A program made the translations under genes and the position numbers. Below are positions 1-12,309 of a stretch of 64,000 nt of DNA, one piece after another. The stretch comes from Mobula hypostoma (taxonomy: Eukaryota). How positions within the stretch are numbered: position 1 is the stretch's first letter; each line of letters opens with the position of its first letter. The stretch is from contig NC_086098.1 of NCBI RefSeq assembly GCF_963921235.1, positions 434,001-498,000 of the forward strand, written 5' to 3'. The notes under the pieces were generated by a model. It had not been told where the DNA came from, made no database searches, and worked only from the letters and a program-made list of their open reading frames with translations.

Positions 1-885
1 GAAGAAGTTTTCCCTCATCTCGGTCCTAAAAGGCTTCCCCTTTATCCTCAAACTGTGACCCCTCGTTCTGGACTTCCGAAACATCAGGAACAATCTTCCT
101 GCATCTAGCCTGTCCAATCCCTTTAGAATTTTATATGTTTCAATAAGATCCCCCCTCTATCTTCTAAATGCCAGCAAGTATAAGCCTAGTCGATCCAGTC
201 TTTCATCCTATGAAAGTCCTGCCATCCCTGGAATCAATCCGGTGAACCTTCTTTGTACTCCCTCTATGGCAAGAATATCTTTCCTCAGATTAGGGGACCA
301 AAACTGCACACAATACTCCAGGTGTGGTCTCACCAAGGCCTTGTACAACTGCAGTAGAACCTCCCTGCTCCTGTACTCGAATCCTCTTGCTATAATGCCA
401 GCATACCATTCGCCTTTTTCACCACCTGCTGTACCTGCATGCCCACTTTCAATGACTAGTGTATAATGACACCCAGGTCTCATTGCACCTCCCCTTTTCC
501 TAATCGGCTACCATTCAAATAATAATCTGTTTTCGTGTTCTTGCCACCAAAGTGGATAACCTCACATTTATCCACATTAAATTGCATCTGCCATGAATTT
601 GCCCACTCACCCAACCTATCCCAGTCACCCTGCATCCTCTTAGCATCCTCCCTAAAGCTAACACTGCCGCCAGCTTCGTGTCATCCGCAAACTTGGAGAT
701 GCTGCATTTAATTCCCTTGTCTAAGTCATTAATATATATTGTAAACAACTGGGGTCCCAGCACTGAGCCTTGCGGTACCCCACTAGTCACTGCCTGCCAT
801 TCTGAAAAGGTCCCATTTATTCTCACTCTTTGCTTCCTGTCTGCCAACCAATTCTCTATCCACATCAATACCATACCCCCAATAC

Positions 886-1073
886 ATTGGCCAGTTCATT
901 GGCTATGTTTAAGAGGGAGTTAGATATGGCCCTTGTGGCTACAGGGGTCAGGGGGTATGGAGGGAAGGCTGGGGCGGGGTTCTGAGTTGGATGATCAGCC
1001 ATGATCATAATAAATGGCGGTGCAGGCTCAAAGGGCCGAATGGCCTACTCCTGCACCTATTTTCTATGTTTCT
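886..1073 (+). mobile_element. Short 5'-truncated CR1-A 3' end inserted antisense into the CR1-A copy
   Basis: Matches 45911-46103 and ends in TTTCTATGTTTCT. Host sequence CCCAATAC|CGTGTG (intact near 58535) is split here, with ATAC at 882-885 and 1074-1077. Confidence 0.9.
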
Positions 1074-1806
1074 ATACCGTGTGGTTTAAGTTTGCACACT
1101 AATCTCCTGTGTGGGACCTTGTCAAAAGCCTTTTGAAAAATCCAAATATACCACATCCACTGGTTCTCCCCTATCCACTCTACTAGGACCATCTGGCCCT
1201 GGGGAGTTATCTGCCTTTAATCTCTTCAATTTACCTAACACCACTTCCCTACTAACATATATTTCCCTCAGTTCCTCCATCTCACTAGACCCTCGGTCCC
1301 ATACTATTTCCGGAAGATTATTTATGTCCTCCTTAGTGAAGACAGAACCAAAGTAGTTATTCAATTGGTCTGCCATGTCCTTGTTCCCCATAACCAATTC
1401 ACCTGTTTCTGTCCGTAGGGGACCAACGTTTGTTGTAACCAATCTTTATCTTTTCACATATCTATAAAAGCTTTAACAGTCAGTTTTTATGTTCCCTGCC
1501 AGCTTTCTCTCATAATCTTTTTTCCTTCTCCTAATTAAGCCTTTTGTTCTCCTCTGCTGGACTCTGAATTTCTCCCAGACCTCAGGTGTGCCGCTTTTTC
1601 TGGCTAATTTGTATGTTTCTTCTTTGGAATTGATACTATCCCTGATTTCCCTTGTCAGCCACGGGTGCACTACCTTCCCTGGTTTATTCTTTTGCCAACC
1701 TGGGATGAACAATTGTTGCAGTTCATCCATGCGATCTTTAAATGCTTGCCATTGCATATCCACCGTCAACCCTTTAAGTATCATTTGCCAGTCTATCTTA
1801 GCTAAT

Positions 1807-1913
1807 TCACGTCTCATACCTTCTTTAAGTTCAGAACCTTTGTTCCTGAATTAACTATGTCACATCTCATACCCTTCTTTAAGTTCAGAACCTTTGTTCC
1901 TGAATTAACTATG
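1807..1913. repeat. Tandem duplication of about 53 bp inside CR1-A
   Basis: TCAC(G/A)TCTCATACC(C)TTCTTTAAGTTCAGAACCTTTGTTCCTGAATTAACTATG occurs at 1807-1859 and 1860-1913. Confidence 0.9.
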
Positions 1914-2305
1914 TCACTCTCCATCTTAATGAAGAATTCCACCATATTATGGTCACTCTTACCCAAGGGGACTCGCACGACAAGATTGTTAATTAACCCT
2001 TCCTCATTGCTCAATACCCAGTCTAGAATGACCTGCTCTCTAGTTGGTTCCTTAACATGTTGTTTCAGAAAACCATCCCGCATACATTCCAAGAAATCCT
2101 CTTCCTCAGCACCCTTACCAATTTGGTTCACCCAATGTATATGTAGGTTGAAGTCACCCATTATAACTGCTGTTCCTTTATTGAAGGCATTTCTAATTTC
2201 CTGTTTAATGCCATCCCCTACCTCACTACTACTGTTAGGTGGCCTGTACACAACTCCCACCAGCATTTTCTGCCCCTTAGTATTATGCGGCTCTACCCAT
2301 ATCGA

Positions 2306-4294
2306 TCAAGAAGAAAAGAAAAGTTTACGAAAGTTTTAAAAGCTAGGTAATGATAGAGTCCTAGAAGATTATAAGGCTAACAGGAAGGAGCTTCAGAATG
2401 AAATTAGGAGAGTCAGAAGGGGTCATCAGAAGACCTTGGTGAGCAGGATTAAGGAAAAACCCCAAGTAATTCTACAAGTATGTGAAGAGCAAGAGGATAA
2501 GACGTGAGAGAATAGGACCCATCAAGTGTGACAGTGGAAAAGTGTCTATGGAACCGAAGGAGATAACAGAGGTACTTAATGAATACTTTCCTTCAGTATT
2601 CACTACGGAAAAGTATCTTGGTGATTGTAGGGATGACTTGTAGTGGACTGAAAAGCTTGAGCATATAGACATTAAGAAAGCGGTTGTGCTGGAGCTTTTG
2701 GAAAGCATCAAGCTGGATAAGTCACCAGGACCGGATGAGATATACTTCAGGCAACTGTGGGAGGCAGGAATGAGCTTGCTGAGCCTCTGGCAATGATCTT
2801 TGCATCATCAATGGGGATGGGGGAGGTTCCAGAGGATTGGAGGGTTGCAGACTTTCTTCCCTTATTCAAAAAGGGAGTAGATATAAGCCAGGAACATATA
2901 GACGAGTGAGACTTACTTCAGTGGTTGGTAAATTGATGATAAAGGTCCTGAGAGACAGGATTTATGAACATTTGGAGAGGCATAATATGATTAAGAATAG
3001 TCAGCATGGCTTTGTTAAAGGCAGGTCGTGCCTTACGAGCCTGATTGAATTTTTTCAGGATGTGACTAAACACATTGATGAAGGAAGAACAGTAGATGTA
3101 ATGTATATGGATTTCAGCAAGGCACTTAATAAGGTACCTCATGCAAGGCTTATTGAGAAAGTGAGGAGGCACAGGATCCAAGGGAGCATTGCTTTGTGGG
3201 TCCAGAACTAGCTTGCCCACAGAAGGCAAAGAGTGGTTAGATGGATAGATATACTTAATTAATCCCGAAGGAAATTTGGTAAAGACTTGTCATATTCTGC
3301 ATGGAGGTTGGTAACCGGTGGTGTGTCTCAAGGATCTGTTCTGGGACCCATTCTCTTTGTGATTTTTATAAATGACCTGCACGAGGAAGTGGAGGGATGG
3401 GTTATTAAATTTGCTGATGACACAAAGGTTGGAGGTATTGTGGACAGTGTGGAGGGCTGTCACAGGTTACAGCGGGACATCGATAGGATGCAAAACTGAC
3501 TAAGAAGTGGCAGATGGAGTTCAACCCAGATAAGTGTGAGGTGATTCGTTTTGCTAGATCAAATATGATGGCAGAATATAGTATTAATGATAAGACTCTT
3601 GGTAGTGGAGGATCAGAGGGATCTAGGGGACTGAGTCCATAGGACATTCAAAGCCGCTGCGCAGGTTGACTCTGTGGTTAAAAAGGCATACAGTGCATTG
3701 GCCTTCATCAGCTGTGGAATTGGTTGAGGTAATGTTGCAGCTATTTAGGAGCCCAGTCATACCCCACTTGGAGTACTGTGCTCAGTTCTGATCACCTCAT
3801 TACAGGAAGGATGTGGAAACTATAGAGAGGGTGAAGAGGAGATTTACAAGGATGTTACCTGAATTGGGGAGCATGCCTTATGAGAATAGGTTGAGTGAAC
3901 TCGGCCTTTTCTTCTTGGGGAAGCAGAAATGGAGAGGTGACCTGATAGAGGTGTATAAGACGATGAGAGGCCTTGATCGTATGGATAGTCAGAGGCTTTT
4001 TCCCGGGGCTGAAATGTCCAACACGAGAGGGCACAGTTTTAAGGTGCTCGGAAGCAGGTACAGAGGAGATATCAGGGGTAAGTTTTTTACGCAGAGAGTG
4101 GTGAGTGCGTGGAATGGGCTGCCAGTGACGGTGATGGAGGTGGATACGATAGGGTGTTTTAAGAGACTCCTGGATAGGTACATGGAGCTTTAGAAAAATT
4201 GAGGGTTATGGGTAATCCTAGGTAATTTCTAAAGTAATTCCATGTTCAGCACAGCATTGTGGGCCAAAGGACCTGTAGGTTTTCTATGTTTCTA
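2306..4294 (+). mobile_element. CR1 LINE (family B), 5'-truncated, decayed RT region with 3' tail
   Basis: QHGFVKGRSCLT, YMDFSKA, KFADDTK and FFTQRVV motifs; ends TTTTCTATGTTTCTA. Confidence 0.93.
3238..3276 (-). mobile_element. About 40-bp 3' tail of a Rex1/Babar-type LINE inserted in CR1-B
   Basis: Reverse complement AATTTCCTTCGGGATTAATTAAGTATATCTATCCATCTA matches the tail at 25852-25900; TGGT on both sides. Confidence 0.7.
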
Positions 4295-4588
4295 ATGTGA
4301 AAAGTAGAGGTCCCAATATTGACCGCTGAGGAACACTACTTGTCATAAGCAGCCAACCGGAAAACACTCCTTTTATTCCCACTCATTGCCTCCTGTTTGT
4401 CAGCCTTTGCTCTCTCCATGCCACAGTATTTTATCTTGTGTGGCACCTTATCAAATGCCTTCTGAAAATCTAAGTGAATGACATCCGCTGTCTCTCCTTT
4501 GTCCACCCTTCTTTGAAGAACTCTAACAGATTTTCCAGGCAAGATTTCCCTTCACAGAAACCATGCTGATGTTGACTTATATTATCAT
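4295..4588 (-). mobile_element. Old CR1 RT fragment
   Basis: RVDKGETADVIHLDFQKAFDKVPH on the minus strand. Confidence 0.8.
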
Positions 4589-5856
4589 AAAACATAGAAA
4601 CATAGAAAACCTACAGCACAATACAGGCCCTTCAGCCCACAAAGCTGTGCTGAACATGTACTTACTTTGGAAATTACCTAGGGTTACCCATAGCCCTCTA
4701 TTTTTTGAAGCATAATATACCTGTCCAGCAGTCTCTTAAAAGACCCTATAGTAACTGCCTCCTCCACCATCGCCGGCAGCCCATTCCATGCACTCACCAC
4801 TCTCTGCGTAAAAAAACATACCCCTGGCATTTCCTCTGTACCTACTTCCAAGCACCTTAAAACTATGCCTTTTCATGATACTCATTTCAGACCTGGGATA
4901 AAGCCTCTGACTATCCACATGATCAATGCCTCTCATTATCTTATACACCTCTATCAGGTCACCTCTCATCCTCCGTCATTCCAAAGAGAGAAGACCAAGT
5001 TCATTCAACTTATTCCCGTAAGGCATGCTCCCCAATCCAGGCAACATCCTTGTAAATCTCCTCTGCACCCTTTCTATGGTTTCTATTTCTTCCTGTCATG
5101 AAGTGACCAGAACTGAGTACAGTACTGCAAGTGGGGTCTGATCAGGGTCCTATAAAGCTGTAACATTAATTCTCGGCTCTTGAACTTAATCCCATGGTTG
5201 ATGAACGGCAATGCACCATATGCTTTCTTAACCACACAGAAACTTTCACAGCAGCTTTGAGTGTCCTATGGACATGGACCCGGACCCCAAGATCTCTCTG
5301 ATCCTCCACACTGCCAAGAGTCTTACCATTAATACTATATTCTGCCATCATATTTGACTTACCAAAATGAACCACCTCACACTTATCTGGGTTGAACTCC
5401 ATCTGCCACTTCTCAACCCAGTTTTGCATCCTATCAATGTCCTGCTGTAACCTCTAGGAGCCCTTCACACTCTGCACAACACCCCTAACCTTCGTGTCAT
5501 CAGCAAATTTACTAACCTATCCCACCACTTTGTCATTTTTAAAAATCAGAACAGATCACTGAGGCACACCACTGGTCACCAACCTTCATGCAGAAGATAA
5601 CCCATCTCCAACCACTCTTTGCCTTCTGTGGGCAAGCCCATTCTGGATGCACAAAGCAAGGTCCCCTTGGATCCCATGCCTCCTTACTTTCTCAATAAGC
5701 TTTGCATGGGGTAACTTATCAAATGCCTTGCTAAAATCCATATACATTACATCTATTGCTCTACCTTTGTCAACGTGTTTAGTCACATCCTTAAAAAATT
5801 CAATCAGGCTTGTAAGGCACAACCTGCCTTTGACAAAGCTATGATGACTGTTCATA

Positions 5857-7211
5857 CGCAAACACGAGGAATTCTGCAGATGCTGGAAATTCAAGCAACA
5901 CACATCAAAGTTGCTGGTGAACGCAGCAGGCCAGGCAGCATCTCTAGGAAGAGGTACAGTTGACATTTCAGGCCGAGACCCTTCGTCAGGACTAACTGAA
6001 GGTAGAGCTAGTAAGAAATTTGAAAGTGGGATGGGGAGGGGGAGATCCAAAATGATAGGAGAAGACAGGAGGGGGAGGGATGGAGCCAAGAGCTGGACAG
6101 GTGATTGACAAAAGGGATATGAGAGGATCATGGGACAGGAGGCCCGGGGAGAAAGAAAAGGGGGGGAGGGAAACCCAGAGGATGGGTAAGGGGTATAGTC
6201 AGAGGGAGAAAAAGGAGAGTGAGAGAAAGAATGTGTGTATATAAATAAATAACTGATGGGGTACGAGGGGGAGGTGGGGCATTAATGGAAGTTTGAGAAG
6301 TCAATGTTCATGCCATCAGGTTGGAGGCTACCCAGACGGAATATAAGGTGTTGTTCCTCCAACCTGAGTGTGGCTTCATCTTTACAGTAGAAGAGGCCAT
6401 GGATAGACATGTCAGAATGGGAATGGGATGTGGAATTAAAATGTGTGACCACTGGGAGATCCTGCTTTCTCTGGCGGACAGAGCGTAGGTGTTCAGCAAA
6501 ACGATCTTCCAGTCTGCGTCGGCTCTCGCCAATATATAGAAGGCCACATTGGGAGCACCGGACGCAGTATATCACCCCAGCCTACTCACAGGTGAAGTGT
6601 CGCCTCACCTGGAAGGACTGTCTGGGGCCCTGAATGGTGGTAAGGGAGGAAGTGTAAGGGCATGTGTAGCACTTGTTCCGCTTACAAGTATAAGTGCCAG
6701 GAGGGAGATCAGTGGGGAGGGATGGGGGAGGACAAATGGACAAGGGATTCGCGTAAGGAGTGATCCTTGCGGAAAGCGGGGTGGGGGGGGAGGGAAAGAT
6801 GTGCTTAGTGGTGGGATCCCGTTGGAGGTGGTGGAAGTTACGGAGAATAATATGTTGGACCCGGAGGCTGGTGGGGTGGTAGGTGAGGACCAGGGGAACC
6901 CTATTCCTAGTGGGGTGGCGGGAGGATGGAGTGAGAGCAGATGTGCATGAAATGGGGGAGATGCATTTGAGAGCAGAGTTGATGGTGGAGAAAGGGAAGC
7001 CCCTTTCTTTAAAAAAGGAGGATATCTCCCTCATCCTGGAATGAAAAGCCTCATCCTGAGAGCAGATGCGGCAGAGACGGAGGAATTGCGAGAAGGGGAT
7101 GGCATTTTTGCAAGTGACAGGGTGAGAAGAGGAATAGTCCAGGTAGCTGTGAGAGTCAGTAGGCTTATAGTAGACATCAGTAGTTAAGCTGTCTATTCAT
7201 ACTGTCTATTC
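5857..7211 (-). mobile_element. Penelope-like element, 5'-truncated (RT C-terminus plus GIY-YIG endonuclease plus terminal repeat)
   Basis: IYCVRCSQCGLLYIGESRRRLEDRFAEH (GIY-YIG variant), CKRNKCYTC linker, LQPDGMN end; TSD TGACT(G/A)TTCATA at 5845-5856 and 7212-7223. Confidence 0.93.
5958..5993 (-). ncRNA. Minimal hammerhead ribozyme motif in the Penelope terminus (two CpG-type substitutions)
   Basis: Minus strand reads AGTC-CTGACGA-AGG GTCTCGG CCT-GAAA-T-GTC-AACT. Confidence 0.7.
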
Positions 7212-8210
7212 TGACTATTCATAGTCATATTATGCCTCTCCAAGTGTTCATTAATCCTGCCTCTCAGGATCTTTTCCATCAACTTACCAACCATTGAAGT
7301 AAGACTCACTGGTCTATAATTTCCCGGTCTATCTCTACTCCCTTTCTTGAATAAGGGAACACCTTCTGCAACCCTCTGATCCTCCAGAACCTCTCCCATC
7401 CCCATTGATGATGCTAAGATCATTGCCAGAGGGTCAGCAATCTCCTTCCTTGCCTCTGACAGTAGCCTGGGGTACATCTTGTCTGGTCCCAGAGACCTAT
7501 CCAACTTGATGCTTTCCAAAAGCTCCAGCAGATCTTCTTTCTTAATGTCTATATGCTCAAGCTTTTCAGTCTGCTGTAAGTCATCCCTACAATCGCTAAG
7601 TTCCTTTTCTGTTATTAATACTGAAGCAAAGTATTCATTAAGTACCTCTGCTATCTCTTCCAGTTCCATACACACTTTTGCACTGTCATACTTGATAGGT
7701 CCTATTCTCTCTCATCTTATCCTCTTGCTCTTCACATACTTGTAGAATGCCTTGGGATTTTCCTTAATCTTGCTCACCAAGGCCTACTCATGGCCCCTTC
7801 TAGCTCTCCTAATTTCATTATAATAGCCTTAATAATTTTCTAGATCACCATCATTACCTAGTTTTTTGAACCTTCCTGAACACACCTAACAAACTCCACC
7901 CCATCTAAACCCCTCGCTACAGGGAGATGCCAATCAATATTGGGGAAATTAAAATCTCCTACCATAACCCTTGTATTATTGCATCTTTCCAGAATCTGTT
8001 TCCCTATCTGCTCCTCAATGTCCCTGTTACTATTGAGTAGTTTTAAGGAACATCCAGTAGTTATTGACTCCCTTCCTGTTCCTAACTTCCACCCACAGAG
8101 ATTCAGTTGATAATCCTTCCATTATTTCCTCCTTTTCTACAGCTGTGACACTATCTCCGATCAGCTGTGCCACGCCCCCACCTCTTTTGTCTCCCTGTCC
8201 TTTCTGAAAC

Positions 8211-8604
8211 CATAAGTCCATATGACCATTAGATATAGGAGCAGAAGTAGGCCATTCAGCCCATCGAGTCTGCTCTGCCATTCAATCATGGGCTGATCCA
8301 ATTCTTCTTGTCATATCCATTCCCCTGCTTTCACCCCATACCCTTTGATGCCCTGGCTAATCAAGAAACTATCTATCTCTGCCTTAAATGCACCCAATGA
8401 CTTGGCCTCCACAGCCGCTCGTGGCAACAAATTCCATAGATTTACTACCCTCTGACTAAAGTAATTTCTCTGCACCTCAGCTTTAAAAGGACGTCCTTCA
8501 ATCCTGAAATTGTGCCCTCTTTTCCTAGGATCCCCTACCATGGGAAATAACTTTGCTATATCTAATCTGTTCAGGCCTTTTAACATTCTGAATGTTTCTA
8601 TGTG
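8211..8604 (-). mobile_element. CR1 (family E) 3' fragment nested in CR1-B
   Basis: IETFRMLKG...FSQRVVNLWN C-terminus; degenerate (CCATAAGA) tail at the left; matches 19026-19330 and 58861-59220. Confidence 0.88.
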
Positions 8605-8896
8605 ACTAAACATCTAAAGCCTGGCACTCTAGGTAGCTATTCCTGTCCCTGAGCCATCCAAGTCTCTGTAATGGCCACAACATCATAGCTCCAAGTACTG
8701 ATCCATGCTCTAAGCTCATTCGCTTTGTTCATGATACTTCTTGCATTCAATCTGAAACCATCAGTTTGAGCGTATCCCTTCTCTATCACCTCCCTATCCT
8801 CCCTCTCACACTGTCTACAAGCTTTCTCCATTTGTGAGGCAACTGCCCCTTCTTCTGTCTCTTCAGTTCGGTTCCCACCCCCCAGTGATTCTTGTT

Positions 8897-9105
8897 TACT
8901 AACCCTTTAGTTAAGTTATGATTCATAAATATAATTCCTTTAACTGTATGCAGTCTGCTGTCTGTTGTTTCTTGGCACTGAGTTGTAACAGGGTAAAAAA
9001 TTACACAGTATCCACACAAACCAGGATTTGGACAGGGGTGTTGTTCCAATCTCATGGGTTTGCCAGGACTGGAGTGTGTACACAGCACAAGGACACCGGG
9101 TTTCA
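8897..9105 (+). mobile_element. Probable 3' half of a Gypsy-type LTR, distantly related to the LTR at 28070-28985
   Basis: TTGTAACAGGGT...CAGTATCCACACAAA parallels TTGTAACAGGGG...CAGCATCCACCCAAA (28873-28909); ends in CA. Confidence 0.5.
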
Positions 9106-9142
9106 TATCTATCTATATATATATATATATATACACACACAT
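9106..9142. repeat. (TATC)/(TA)n/(CA)n microsatellite
   Basis: TATCTATCTATATATATATATATATATACACACACAT read directly. Confidence 0.9.
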
Positions 9143-9219
9143 AAAAAAACCCGCCCCCGCCAAAACGTAATAACATACAGCGCAGCACATGGCATACACA
9201 AAAACTTAACCCTTAATAG

Positions 9220-10769
9220 TCTGAGTGAATCTGTTCTGCACCTGCCTCATTTTCCCCAGAAATTAACTCCATTTCTGCTGTGCTGTCATCCCTGAGAGCA
9301 TCTCCTTTCCAATTTACTTTGGCTAACTCCTCTCTCATACCATTGTCATTTCCTTTACTCCATTGAAATACTGCTATGTAAGACTTTATATTTTCCCTAT
9401 CAAATTTCAAGCTGAACTCAGTCATGTTGTGATGACTGCCTTCTAAGGGTTCTTTTACTTGAAGCACTCTAATCACCTCCAGTTCATTACATTACACCCA
9501 ATCCAGTATAGCTGATCTCCTGGTAGGCTCAAAAACAAACTGCTCTAAAGAGCCAAGTGGAGGGTTAGGTAGTGCTGAGCAAGCAATGCGATTGTAGCTG
9601 GACTTAGACAAATTGGAAGAATGGGTAAAAAAATGTTGGGAAATGTATGATGGCTTTTTTTCCTTGGAGCAACAGAGGATGAGAGGTGATCTGATAGAGG
9701 TGTATAAGATGATGAGAGGGATTGATCGTACGTATAGTCAGAAAGGCTTTTTCCCAGGGCTGAAATGGCTAGCAGGAGAGGGCACAGTTTTAAGGTGCTC
9801 GGAAGCAGGTACAGAGGAGATATCACAGTTAAGTTTTTTTACACAGAGAGTGGTGAGTGCGTGGAATTTCTATGTTGCTATGATGCACTTTGGTAAAAGG
9901 AACAATAGTGCAGACTATTAGAAACATAGAAACATAGAAAACCTACAGCACAATACAGGCCCTTCGGCCCACAAAGCTGTGCCGAACATGTCCTTACCTT
10001 AGAAATTACCTAGGGTTACCCATAGCCCTTCATTTTTCTGAACTCCATAGCCCTCTGTTTTACTGAGCTTCATGCTTATCTAAATGGGGAGAAGGTGCAA
10101 ACATCAGAGGTGCAGAGGGACTTAGGAGTCCTCATGCAAGACTCCCAGAAGGTTAATTTACAGGTTGAGTCTGTGGGAAGGAAGGCAAATGCTATGTTTG
10201 CATTTATTTCAAGGGAAATAGAATGTAGAAGGAAGGAGATAATGCTGAGCCTTTATAAGACACTAGTCAGGCTGCACTTGGAATACTGTCCACAGTTTTG
10301 TGCCCCATATCTCAGAAGGGATGTGTTGCCATTGGAGAGAGTTTAGAAGAAGTTCACAAGGATGATTCCGCGAATGAAAGTTAATACATGAGGAGTATTT
10401 GGCAGCTTTGGGCCTGTACTCCCTAGACCTTAAAAGAATGCAGGGGGTTCTCACTGAAACCTGCTGAATGTGAAAGAACTAAATAGGGTGGATGTGGAGA
10501 GGATGTGAGGGTATCCAGAACTGGAGGGCACAACCTCAAAATTGAGGAGTGGCCCTTTAGAACAGAAGTCAGAAGGAAGTTTTTAGCCAGAGCGTAGTAA
10601 ATCTGTGGAATGCTCTGTCACAGACTGCGGTGGAGGACAAGTCCGTGGGTATATTTAAGGCAGAAGTTGATAGTTTCCTGATCAGTCAGGGCATCAAAGA
10701 ATATGGCGAGAAGGCAGGTGTATGGGGTTCAGTGGGATCCGGGATCATCCATGACAGAGTATTGGATTG
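9220..10769. mobile_element. Mosaic of CR1 fragments on both strands, including a CR1-B tail on the minus strand at about 9920-10070
   Basis: SHHNMTEF (endonuclease, minus), MRGDLIEVYK and QRDLGVL...HLEYC (plus), AGAAACATAGAAACATAG tail. Confidence 0.8.
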
Positions 10770-11972
10770 GAAAGTGGATGAAGGGAAGGCAGTGGATATT
10801 GTCTACATGGACTTCAGTAAGGCCTTTGACAAGGTCCCGAATGGGAGGTTAGTTAGGAAAATTCAGTTGCTAGGTATACATGGAGAGGTGATAAATTGGA
10901 TTAGACATTGGCTCTATGGAAGAAGCCAAAGAGTGGTAGTAGAGAATTGCTTCTCTGAGTGGAGGCCTGTGACTAGTGGTGTGCCACAGGGTTCAGTGCT
11001 GGGTCCATTGTTAATTGTCATCTATATCAATGATCTGGATGATAATGTAGAAAATTGGATCAGCAAATTTGCTGATGATACAAAGATTGGAGGTGTAGTA
11101 GACAGTGAGGAAGGTTTTCAGAGCCTGCAGAGGGACTTGGACCAGCTGGAAAAAGGGGCTGAAATATGGCAGATGGAGTTTAATACAGACAAGTCTGAGG
11201 TATTGCACGTTGGAAGGACAAACCAAGGTGGAACGTACAGGGTTATTGGTAAGGCACTGAGGAGTGCAGTAGAACAGAGGGATCTGGGAATACAGATACA
11301 AAATTCCCTAAAAGTGGCGTCACAGGTAGATAGGATCGTAAAGAGAGCTTTTGGTACATAGGCCTTTATTAATCAAAGTATTGAGTATAAGAGCTGGAAT
11401 GTTATGATGAGGTTGTATAAGGCATTGGTGAGGCCGAATCTGGAGTATTGTGTTCAGTTTTGGTCACCAAATTACAGGAAGGATATAAATAAGGTTGAAA
11501 GAGTGCAGAGAAGGTTTACAAGGATGTTGCCGGGACTTGAGAAACTCAGTTACAGAGAAAGGTTGAATAGGTTAGGACTTTTTCCCTGGAGCGTAGAAGA
11601 ATGAGGGGAGATTTGATAGAGGTATATAAAATTATGATGGGTATAGATAGAGTGAATGCAAGCAGGCTTTTTCCACTGAGGCAAAGGGAGAAAAAAACCA
11701 AAGGACATGGGTTAAGGGTGAGGGGGGAAAAGTTTAAAGGGAACATTAGAGGGGGCTTCTTCACACAGAGAGTGGTGGGAGTATGGAATGAGCTGCCAGA
11801 CGAGGTGGTAAATGCGGGTTCTTTTTTAACATTTAAGGATAAATTGGATAGATACATGGATGGGAGGTGTATGGAGGGATATGGTCCGTGTGCAGGTCAG
11901 TGGGACTAGGCAGAAAATAGATCGGCACAGCCAAGAAGGGCCAAAAGGCTGTAGTTTTTCTATGGTTTCTAT
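10770..11972 (+). mobile_element. CR1 LINE (family D), 5'-truncated RT half with tail
   Basis: [29 protein letters not shown]; tail TTTCTATGGTTTCTATG; near-identical to 36755-37939 and 61340-62787. Confidence 0.95.
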
Positions 11973-12309
11973 GTACTCGATGGGCCGAGTTGCCTAACTC
12001 TGTTCCTATGTCTTGTATTCTTATGGTCCTTTCCCCCATGCAGTTTCTTAACTCAGCCCACAAGAATTCTTCCGATCCTTTGTCACAAATTTGTACTGAT
12101 TTGATGCCATTCTTACCAGCAGAGCCATACCACTACCACTGCCTACCTTCCTATCCCTCTGATATAATGTGTAACCTTGGACATTCAGCTCCCAGCTACA
12201 ACCATCCTTCAGACCATAAGACCATAAGACAAACGAGCAGAAGTAGGCCATTCGGCCCATCAAGTCTGCTCCGCCATTTTATCATCAGCTGATCCATGCT
12301 CCTATTTAG

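Larger units (their letters stand above)
1..2305 (-). mobile_element. CR1 LINE (family A), decayed ORF2 (APE endonuclease to RT), runs off the left edge; internal deletion near 1185
   Basis: Minus-strand ORF fragments with GVVYRPPN, IMGDFN, GKSDHNMV (endonuclease), [19 protein letters not shown] (RT), [13 protein letters not shown]; closely matches 43091-46103 and 57419-58846. Confidence 0.95.
4589..8896 (-). mobile_element. CR1 LINE (family B), ORF2 with deletions, interrupted by Penelope (5857-7211) and CR1-E (8211-8604)
   Basis: Tail AAACATAGAAACATAG at the left; RT motifs continue across the Penelope insertion; endonuclease start LNARSIMNKANEL...VVAITETW at 8637-8831. Confidence 0.88.

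Noticed and set aside
1807..1913. 53-bp tandem duplication
   Set aside because: Local slippage at TCAC microhomology in a dead CR1; no sign of function.
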